Assembly (NCBI GenBank): GCA_044866725.1
Contig: JBIOUD010000066.1
Span: 1 to 34,075 of the forward strand
DNA from: Candidatus Limnocylindria bacterium
GTDB lineage: Bacteria; Chloroflexota; Limnocylindria; P2-11E
Reading direction: 5' to 3'
Length of the DNA stretch: 34,075 bases
Part shown: piece by piece, positions 1-6,753 of the stretch
Position numbering within the stretch: position 1 is the first letter of the stretch
Layout of the letters: each line of letters starts with the position of its first letter
Made by a program: the position numbers and the translations under genes
The notes under the pieces: generated by a model
Seen by the model: only the letters and a program-made list of their open reading frames with translations
Told to the model about the DNA's origin: nothing
Databases searched by the model: none

Positions 1-128
1 CAGATGCATCCGTGCGAAACCTGGGATCGAAGGAAGCGGACGTCGCGAAACATGGCGAAACCAGTGAGGACCAGAGCCGTCAGAGCGGCGGTCAGCATGA
101 CGAGGTCCGAACGAACAAGGTCGAGCAT
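1..128 (-). CDS. hypothetical membrane protein, 5' part only (gene continues past the window start)
   Basis: ATG at 128-126, 2 nt after the stop of the yggT-like gene. It reads MLDLVRSDLVMLTAALTALVLTGFAMFRDVRF with one hydrophobic helix. It is truncated by the window edge and absent from the ORF track. No family recognised. Confidence 0.3.
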   Translation of the reverse strand, partial: MLDLVRSDLVMLTAALTALVLTGFAMFRDVRFLRSQVSHGCI

Positions 129-130
129 GA

Positions 131-538
131 CTACGACGGCGTCAGCTCCCCGCGTCGACCCGTGACAGCGCGGACGACCGCGACGATGAGCCCGGCGACG
201 AGCATGAAGAAGATGATCGAAAGCACTGTCGCAATCTCGATGCCCGAGGTGCCCGCCGGCTGGGCGAAGATGCCGCGGAACGGCGCGACGAGCGGCTCGG
301 TTAGCGCGTTGATCGCCGCGACGAAGCCCTGGTCGGCGTTCGCGCCGAACAGCTTGAAGGAGAATCTGACGACGAGAAGGACTTCGAGCACGCTGAACAC
401 GAGCGCGATCACGCGGCTTGCGGTCCACATCGAGGCATTCTGTGGGCCCGCAGTCGAGACGGTCACGTTCGTCGGAGCGCTTGACGTAGGCGTTGGCGTG
501 GCCGTGTCCGCTGGTTGAGTGGTCGTTGTTGTTGTCAT
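131..538 (-). CDS. yggT: YggT family integral membrane protein
   Basis: ORF 131..568. Thr/Pro-rich N-terminus, then VLEVLLVVRFSFKLFGANADQGFVAAINALTEPLVAPFRGIF and a second TM helix, which is the YGGT pattern. ATG at 538 (MTTTTTTQ) is preferred over the TTG at 568. Confidence 0.75.
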   Translation of the reverse strand: MTTTTTTQPADTATPTPTSSAPTNVTVSTAGPQNASMWTASRVIALVFSVLEVLLVVRFSFKLFGANADQGFVAAINALTEPLVAPFRGIFAQPAGTSGIEIATVLSIIFFMLVAGLIVAVVRAVTGRRGELTPS

Positions 539-571
539 GCGCCGATCGTGCGCTAACAACTGCGCCAAGTC

Positions 572-587
572 ATGACCAGACGGTCAT
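572..587. promoter_or_regulatory. ATGAC-N6-GTCAT palindrome, copy 1 (ATGACCAGACGGTCAT)
   Basis: Exact 5+5 inverted repeat in the gap between the dipeptidase stop (595) and the yggT ATG (538). Extended to GGTCATG on the right. Confidence 0.55.
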
Positions 588-594
588 GCTCTAG

Positions 595-1899
595 CTACCG
601 GAACCAGGCCTCCTCGAGCACACGCATCACGTTCCCGCCGATGGCTTTCGCGACATCGCCGTCGGAGTAGTCGTGTTTCACCATCCAGCGGACGATGTTC
701 GGGAACGCCTCGGCAGGGTTCTCGATGCCGTCGACGAACTCGACCTCGTCGACGTGCTCGGACCCGCGAGCCGCGCCGATCGAGAGCTGCTTCGCGAAGT
801 AGCGGTGCAGACCGACGTGGTCGCCGAACAGGGTGTCGGGTCCGAACGCGACATGGTCGATCCCCACGAGATCGGCGCAGTACTCGAAGTGCTCCATGAA
901 GCTCTCGATCGAGTGCCGTGGGTGCTTCTTCGTCAGCGTCGTGTGCGGTGCCGCCTCGATGCCGATGACGCCACCCTTCGCGGCCATCGCCTTCAGCACC
1001 TCGTCGGGTTTCATGCGCTTCGTGTTCCAGAGCGCGCGGGCGCCCGCGTGCGTGATAAAGATCGGCTTCTCGCTCGTCTCGATGGTGTCGAGAGAGGTCT
1101 GGTCGGCGGAGTGCGAGATGTCGATCGCGATGCCGAGCTTGTTCATCCGGCGCACGGCCTGTTTCCCGAACTCCGTGAGGCCGCCGTCGCGCGACTCCTT
1201 CAGACCGCTGCCAAGCGTGTTCGCCTCGCTGTACGCGATGCCGGATGAGCGGATGCCGAGACCGTAGAGGATGTCGAGCCGGTCGACCTCGTTCTCGATC
1301 GCAGTCGCGGCCTCGAGGGACGCGATGAACGCGATCTGCCCGTTCTTCTTCGCCTGCCGGATATCGTCGAGCGTCTCGCCGCGCGCGACGAAGTCCTGAT
1401 GCGCGATGTCCGAGAGGCGCATGCCGAGGTCGTAGATGATGTCGTCCCACTTCCAGCCGGCCTTCGACGTGATCGTCGCCGTGCCGTCCATGAGGCAGTC
1501 GAAGACCGCGTCGAGCCCCGACCGGGCCATCCCTGCGTAGCCGGTGACGTCACGGCCCTGACGGCGGTACTCGGCCAGATCGGCGAAGTCCTCGGGGACG
1601 ATGAAGCAGTGGTCGTGGAGCGAGATCGCAAGGTTCTCGTCGAGAAGCCTCTGCACTCGCTGCTCCTGGGCGTCGCTGACCTCGACCTTGCGCGATGGCA
1701 CGCGGTCGAGCTCCTTCGCGAGCTTGAACTCGCGGTAGTCGGTGCCCGGCGTGAGGTACTGGAAGCTCTTGAACCCAGAGTACTTCGTGCGCTTGCCGGC
1801 GTCTGTGGTCTTCACGGCCTCTCCCCTGTGCGCTGACTTCGCGTGGCGTCCGCCGATACTAGCGAGCGCGGCGCGGATCGAGCGCATCGCGTAATCCAT
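595..1899 (-). CDS. membrane dipeptidase, peptidase family M19
   Basis: LAISLHDHCF, IAIDISHSADQT, FITHAGARALWNTKRMKPDEV, GVIGIEAAPH and HVAFGPD motifs typical of renal-dipeptidase-like M19 enzymes. Start uncertain: it overlaps the upstream permease by 41 nt, and ATG 1887 is also possible. Confidence 0.85.
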   Translation of the reverse strand: MDYAMRSIRAALASIGGRHAKSAHRGEAVKTTDAGKRTKYSGFKSFQYLTPGTDYREFKLAKELDRVPSRKVEVSDAQEQRVQRLLDENLAISLHDHCFIVPEDFADLAEYRRQGRDVTGYAGMARSGLDAVFDCLMDGTATITSKAGWKWDDIIYDLGMRLSDIAHQDFVARGETLDDIRQAKKNGQIAFIASLEAATAIENEVDRLDILYGLGIRSSGIAYSEANTLGSGLKESRDGGLTEFGKQAVRRMNKLGIAIDISHSADQTSLDTIETSEKPIFITHAGARALWNTKRMKPDEVLKAMAAKGGVIGIEAAPHTTLTKKHPRHSIESFMEHFEYCADLVGIDHVAFGPDTLFGDHVGLHRYFAKQLSIGAARGSEHVDEVEFVDGIENPAEAFPNIVRWMVKHDYSDGDVAKAIGGNVMRVLEEAWFR

Positions 1900-2662
1900 C
1901 GCCGAGAAAGTTGAACGCGAGCACGACGATCGTGATCGCCAGCCCCGGATACAGCGCGAGCGCGGGCGCCGTGAACACGTACTGCTGCGCGCGTTGCAGC
2001 ATGTTGCCCCAGGAAGGGAGCGGTGGCTGGACGCCGAGGCCGAGGTAGCTCAGCGCGGACTCGGTGAGGATCGCGAACGCAACGCCAAGTGTGGCCGAGA
2101 CGATGAGCGACGGTATGGCCTGCGGCAGGATGTGCCGCACGAGCAGGCGCGGTCCGGGCACACCGAGCGACCGGGCGGCGAGGACGAAATCCGCCGCCTT
2201 CCAGCGGAGGGTCTCGCCGTAGACCACGCGCGCCACGGGCATCCAGGAGAGCCCGCCGATGACCAGGATGAGCGTCACCACGTTGGCGCCCAGCACGGTG
2301 ATCACGACGAGGATGAAGAAGAACGCCGGCACGGCGAGCATCGCGTCGGTGAAGCGCATCAACAGGAGGTCGATCCATCCGCCGTTGAAGCCGGCGAGGG
2401 CGCCGACGAGGACACCGATCAGCACGGCGGCGGCCATCGCCGCGAGGCCCACGAGCAGCGTGACCCGACTGCCGTGAAGCAGCCGGCTCAGCACGTCGCG
2501 CCCGATCTCGTCCGTCCCAAGGGGATGCGCGGGCGTGGGCCCGAGCAGGCGCTGCGCGGGATCCGTCGCCTCGGGAGCGAGCGACCATAAGAGCGGCCCG
2601 ACAAGCGCGAGGGCGCCTGCGAGCAGGAGCACGCCGAGCGCGACGACGCCGAGTCGCGTCAC
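1859..2662 (-). CDS. ABC transporter permease, DppC/OppC-like (peptide/nickel type)
   Basis: 267 aa with about 6 TM helices. HPLGTDEIGRDVLSRLLHG N-terminal motif and the EAA-like loop ARSLGVPGPRLLVRHILPQA are typical of binding-protein-dependent transport system inner-membrane components. Confidence 0.85.
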   Translation of the reverse strand: MTRLGVVALGVLLLAGALALVGPLLWSLAPEATDPAQRLLGPTPAHPLGTDEIGRDVLSRLLHGSRVTLLVGLAAMAAAVLIGVLVGALAGFNGGWIDLLLMRFTDAMLAVPAFFFILVVITVLGANVVTLILVIGGLSWMPVARVVYGETLRWKAADFVLAARSLGVPGPRLLVRHILPQAIPSLIVSATLGVAFAILTESALSYLGLGVQPPLPSWGNMLQRAQQYVFTAPALALYPGLAITIVVLAFNFLGDGLRDALDPRRAR

Positions 2663-3573
2663 GAGAGGCGCACGCGCGGATCGATGCGCGTGTATGCGAC
2701 ATCGACCGCGAAGCTCGCCAGCACCGCTATCGCTGCGACCACGACGGTGAGCCCGGTGATGAGCGGGTAGTCACGCCCCTGCGCCGCCTCGAGCCCGAGC
2801 CTGCCCATGCCGGGCCAGCTGAAGACGGCCTCGGTCACGACCGTGCCACCGAGGAGACGCGGCACGAGCGCGCCGATCGCGCTCACGACGGGAATGAGCG
2901 CGTTCCGCAGTGCGTGACGGAGGACGACGGTGCGTGGCCCGAGGCCCTTCGACCTGGCGGTGCGGATGTAGTCCTCTTGGAGCACCTCGATCGTCGCCGA
3001 GCGGACGAAGCGAACCACGGTCGGAAGGACCGTGGTGGCGAGGACCGTCGCCGGCAGGACGAGGTGCGTGATCCGATCCACGAGCGTGTCCGAGGCGACC
3101 GAGGTCACGCCGGCAGAGGGCAGCACGTCCAGCGACACCGCGAACAGCAGGATGAGGACGATCCCGAGCCAGAACACCGGGACCGAGAGCCCGATGGCGG
3201 TGAGGAGGCTGAGCACGTGGTCGATCGGCCTGCCGCGGTGCAGCGCCTGTACCAGTCCGATCGGGATCCCGAGCAGGATCGAGAGAGCGAGGGCCGTGCC
3301 CGCGAGGACGAGCGTGTTCGGCAGCCGCTCCCCGATCCGCTGCACGACGGGCTCGTCTGTGAGCAGCGACGTGCCGAGATCCCCGCGCACCGCACCGGCG
3401 ACCCACTCCGCGTACCGCTGCGCAACGGGCCGATCCAGACCCATGCGCTTGATGAGCGCCTCGCGCTGGTCGGCCGAGACGTCGAAGCGCATCACCGATG
3501 CCGGGCCACCCGGTGCGAGGTTGACGAAGAAGAACGTGAGGGCGCTCGCGAATACGATCACGAGCGCCCCCAA
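2659..3573 (-). CDS. ABC transporter permease, DppB/OppB-like
   Basis: 304 aa, multi-TM. EDYIRTARSKGLGPRTVVLRHALRNALIP is the EAA motif. 4-nt overlap with the next permease. The TTG start in the track probably truncates the conserved N-terminus (see finding). Confidence 0.85.
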   Translation of the reverse strand: MGALVIVFASALTFFFVNLAPGGPASVMRFDVSADQREALIKRMGLDRPVAQRYAEWVAGAVRGDLGTSLLTDEPVVQRIGERLPNTLVLAGTALALSILLGIPIGLVQALHRGRPIDHVLSLLTAIGLSVPVFWLGIVLILLFAVSLDVLPSAGVTSVASDTLVDRITHLVLPATVLATTVLPTVVRFVRSATIEVLQEDYIRTARSKGLGPRTVVLRHALRNALIPVVSAIGALVPRLLGGTVVTEAVFSWPGMGRLGLEAAQGRDYPLITGLTVVVAAIAVLASFAVDVAYTRIDPRVRLS

Positions 3574-3599
3574 CGCCAGGCGCTGGATGAGAAAGCGAG

Positions 3600-5228
3600 C
3601 TACTTCTTAGCCAACCACCATTCGCCGATGTAGTGCATCGCGTCGCGCAGCCCGAGCTCGGGCACGCCCTTGAGCGACGCACTCAGGACATCGATCTCCT
3701 GCGGATACCAGAGGAAAAGGTATGGCAGCACCTCGGACGTGTACGCCTGAAGCTGCTTGTAGACGGCCTTCCGAGCCTCGAGATCGCTCGCACTCTGCCC
3801 CTGCACGAGCAGGTCATCGAGCTTCGCGTCCTGGTAACCCGGGATGTTGAAGCCCTTCCCCGCGGCGCTGGAGTGGTAGTACGGGAAGACGTCTGGGTCG
3901 CTCGGGTAGGTCCACCAGTTGACCGTGGCGGTGTAGTCGCGACGGACGACGTCCTTCTGGATATAGGAGTTCCATTCCATCGTGTTCAGGTCGACGATCA
4001 CGCCGACCTTCTTCAGGTCCTGCTGGATCAGCGCGTTCACAGGCTCGAGAACTCCGCGCTGACCGACGTCCATCGTGAACTGAAATGGCTTGCCGTCCTT
4101 CTGGAGGACGCCGTTCGCTCCGGGTGTCCAGCCGGCGGCCTTCAGCAGCTCGGTCGCCTTGGCCGGGTCATACGGGTACTTCGATGCGAGCGAAGGGTCG
4201 TAGTAGGCCGCGAGCGCCGGGGTGATGGGCGAGTTCGCGATCGACCCGTATCCGAGTTCGACCGACTTGATGATGGCCTGGCGGTCGATCGCGTGAACGA
4301 ATGCCTGACGCACGCGGACGTCGGTGAACCGGGAGTCGGTCTGGTTCAGCGAGAGCCAGTAGTACTGGACGAGGGGCCGCGACGCGACGACCAGACCGCT
4401 CGCACTCTTGACGCGATCAACGGCCGCCTTGTTGTCGAGGATCATGATCGACAGGTCGCCGGACAGCGCCTGCGCGACCTGCGTGTTCGGGTCGGCGACC
4501 ACCGTGAAGACGACCTTGTCGAGATACGGCTTTGGCCCGAAGTAGCTGTCGTTGCGGACGAGGGTCACGCTTTGGCCCGAGGTGTACTTCTCGACCTTGA
4601 ACGGTCCGGTGCTCACGGGCGTGCCCTTGTTAAAGGACGCGGTCGTCAGCGGATTCGCGGACAGGATGTGCTTCGGCAGAATGCCGGCGTTGTACGCCAG
4701 GAACGACGGCAGTGCCGCGAACTTGCGACTCAGGTCGAAGCGCACGGTGTTGGGATCTACAACGGTGACGCTCTTCAGCGCCGCATAGCTGGCGCGGTTC
4801 TGTGCGCCGAGATCCGGCTTCAGGACGATGTCGTTGAATGTGAACGCCACGTCGTCGGCCGAGAACGCCGTTCCATCGCTCCACTTCACGCCGCTTCGCA
4901 GCTTGAAGGTCCAGCTAAGGCCGTCGGTCGCAGTGGTCCAGCTCTCGGCGAGGTCCGGCGCTGGCGCCAGATCCTTCCCCGGCTTGGTGACGCCCGCGTA
5001 CAGGACGCGGTTGATGAAGAGCGACTCGACGAACGCGTTCGGGCTCCATGGATTGAGCGTCGGATCGGCGCCGATCGGGATGGTGACGGTGCCTCCCACA
5101 ACTGCCGCCGCCGATCCGGCCGTCGAAGCGCTGGGTGTGCCGGGCGTCGACGGGCTCGCGCACGCGGACGCGGCGAGCGCCCCCGCGAAGATGACCGAGA
5201 TGACACGGAGCGCTGGATATCGCATCAC
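3600..5228 (-). CDS. ABC transporter substrate-binding lipoprotein, family 5 (peptide/nickel, DppA/OppA-like)
   Basis: 542 aa. Signal peptide with lipobox-like ALAASAC. LVQYYWLSLNQTDSRFTDVRVRQAFVHAIDRQAII and the overall length are typical of SBP_bac_5. AAGGAGG lies 7-10 nt upstream of the GTG/ATG start pair. Confidence 0.85.
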   Translation of the reverse strand: MMRYPALRVISVIFAGALAASACASPSTPGTPSASTAGSAAAVVGGTVTIPIGADPTLNPWSPNAFVESLFINRVLYAGVTKPGKDLAPAPDLAESWTTATDGLSWTFKLRSGVKWSDGTAFSADDVAFTFNDIVLKPDLGAQNRASYAALKSVTVVDPNTVRFDLSRKFAALPSFLAYNAGILPKHILSANPLTTASFNKGTPVSTGPFKVEKYTSGQSVTLVRNDSYFGPKPYLDKVVFTVVADPNTQVAQALSGDLSIMILDNKAAVDRVKSASGLVVASRPLVQYYWLSLNQTDSRFTDVRVRQAFVHAIDRQAIIKSVELGYGSIANSPITPALAAYYDPSLASKYPYDPAKATELLKAAGWTPGANGVLQKDGKPFQFTMDVGQRGVLEPVNALIQQDLKKVGVIVDLNTMEWNSYIQKDVVRRDYTATVNWWTYPSDPDVFPYYHSSAAGKGFNIPGYQDAKLDDLLVQGQSASDLEARKAVYKQLQAYTSEVLPYLFLWYPQEIDVLSASLKGVPELGLRDAMHYIGEWWLAKK

Positions 5229-5297
5229 GTTCGCCCCTCCTTGTGCTGCCGCCGAGTCTACTTCGGGGGAGCCGCGGCCCGATCATCCTGTGCGGTC

Positions 5298-5327
5298 TTG
5301 ACAGCGGGGCTCGCCGCGCTGTATTAA
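5298..5327 (+). promoter_or_regulatory. sigma-70-like promoter of the ArsR/SRPBCC operon (TTGACA-18 nt-TATTAA)
   Basis: TTGACA at 5298-5303, an 18-nt spacer, then TATTAA at 5322-5327. Followed by an unusually AT-rich stretch (to about 5347) and GGAGGGAG just upstream of the ATG at 5361. Confidence 0.5.
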
Positions 5328-5360
5328 ACCAGATAGTTAAATAAAGCGACGGAGGGAGCG

Positions 5361-5711
5361 ATGGCGGTCGACCGGCTGAGCCTCACGTTCGGCGCCCTCG
5401 CCGATCCAACGCGCCGCGCGATCCTCGCGCGTCTCGCGAAGGGCGGCGCATCGGTCAGCGAGCTCGCCGAACCGTTCGACATGAGCCTCCCCGCGGTCAG
5501 CAAGCACCTGAAGGTGCTCGAGCGCGCCGGGCTCGTCTCGCGCGGCAAGGAGGCGCAGTGGCGGCCGGCGGCGATCACGGCGGGCCCGCTCAAGGAAGTC
5601 GACGACTGGGTCGAGCGCTATCGCGACATCTGGGAGCAGCGACTCGATCGCCTCGACGAGTACCTCAAGGAACTACAGGAGAAGGAGAAACGACATGGCC
5701 GCAAGGGATAG
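5361..5711 (+). CDS. ArsR/SmtB family transcriptional regulator
   Basis: LTFGALADPTRRAILARLAKGGASVSELAEPFDMSLPAVSKHLKVLERAGLVSRGKEAQWR is the canonical ArsR winged-HTH signature. Confidence 0.9.
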   Translation: MAVDRLSLTFGALADPTRRAILARLAKGGASVSELAEPFDMSLPAVSKHLKVLERAGLVSRGKEAQWRPAAITAGPLKEVDDWVERYRDIWEQRLDRLDEYLKELQEKEKRHGRKG

Positions 5712-6663
5712 CGTGGCGGAGATAGACACCAAGGAGCTGCTCATCGAGCGCGTCTTCGACGCGCCACGCGAGCGCGTGTTCGACGCTTTCACGAAACCGG
5801 AGCACCTGCAGAAGTGGTGGGGGCCGAAGGGGGTCGGCATCGGCGTGGCCGAGTTCGAGGCGCGTCCAGGCGGGAAGATCTTCCTCGCCGAGCATTTCGC
5901 TGGTGGAGTGAACTACATCGCCGGGACCGTCCGTGAGATCGAGCGGCCCTCGCGCCTCGTGTTCGCGATGCACTTCGCGAACGAGAAGCGCGAGCGCGTT
6001 TCCCCGCCTGATCACTCGGCGCTCGGCGCAGCGTGGGACGGGGAGATCGTCAGCGACGTGACGTTCACTGCCGAGGGTCAGCGCACGCGCGTCACCATCC
6101 GCACGCCGCGGTCCGGCGTCACGGCCGAGTGGGCCAAGCTGGCGCGCCTTGGGTGGGGCGAGTCGCTCGACAAGCTCGACTACGCCATCGCCGACGACAT
6201 GACGGTCGCACCGGCGGGCGAGCGCGACATCGTCATCACGCGCACGTTCAACGCGCCGCGTTCCCTCGTGTACCAGGCACTGACGGATCCCGAGCACGTG
6301 AAGAAGTGGTGGGGCCCGCGCCAGTACGGTGCGGTCAGCGCGGTCGGCGATTTCCGCGCAGGCGGCACGTACCGCTACGCGCAGCAGGGACCGCAGGGCG
6401 AAGTCGCGTTCCGCGGCCAGATCCGCGAGGCGTCGCCCGAGCGCCTGGTCTACACCGAGGAGTTCGAGGCCATGCCCGGCCACGTTTCCGTGAACACCGT
6501 CACGCTCGATGAGCGCGATGGAAAGACGTACCTGACGCTCCGCTCGGTCTATCAGTCGAAGGAAGACCGCGACGCGGTCATCGCCTCGGGCATGGAGTGG
6601 GGCGCGCGCCTTTCGTACCTGCAGCTCGACGAGGTGATCGACTCGCTCGACAAGGCGGCCTAG
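5695..6663 (+). CDS. tandem SRPBCC (AHSA1/Aha1-like, START-fold) domain protein
   Basis: Two internal copies of the same domain: ERVFDAPRERVFDAFTKPEHLQKWWGPKG and TRTFNAPRSLVYQALTDPEHVKKWWGPRQ. GGAGAAGGAGA Shine-Dalgarno upstream. Overlaps the ArsR gene by 17 nt, a common ArsR-SRPBCC pairing. Confidence 0.85.
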   Translation: MAARDSVAEIDTKELLIERVFDAPRERVFDAFTKPEHLQKWWGPKGVGIGVAEFEARPGGKIFLAEHFAGGVNYIAGTVREIERPSRLVFAMHFANEKRERVSPPDHSALGAAWDGEIVSDVTFTAEGQRTRVTIRTPRSGVTAEWAKLARLGWGESLDKLDYAIADDMTVAPAGERDIVITRTFNAPRSLVYQALTDPEHVKKWWGPRQYGAVSAVGDFRAGGTYRYAQQGPQGEVAFRGQIREASPERLVYTEEFEAMPGHVSVNTVTLDERDGKTYLTLRSVYQSKEDRDAVIASGMEWGARLSYLQLDEVIDSLDKAA

Positions 6664-6753
6664 CGACACGAGCCTCCAAAGAGCGTCCGGCACACAGCGG
6701 TAGCCGTATCGTCGCTCTGGCCCGCGCGACCGCGGTGTTGAGGGGGACAACCT

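Noticed and set aside
12-518. 168-aa plus-strand ORF at the window start
   Set aside because: Antisense to the yggT-like gene, which has a family-specific motif. Ser/Thr/Ala/Arg-rich shadow composition.
572-587. Interpreting the ATGAC-N6-GTCAT elements as intrinsic terminators or REP-like hairpins
   Set aside because: The stems are only 5-7 bp, the loops are as short as 2-6 nt, and there is no U-tract. Most copies sit upstream of starts rather than after stops. A protein-binding site fits better, although copies 1, 3, 4 and 7 also lie downstream of a gene, so an RNA-level role is not fully excluded.
3633-5327. 564-aa plus-strand ORF opposite the substrate-binding protein gene
   Set aside because: Antisense shadow. 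The minus-strand product has a signal peptide, a lipobox and SBP family 5 motifs, while this frame is Arg/Val/Gly/Asp-rich low-information sequence.
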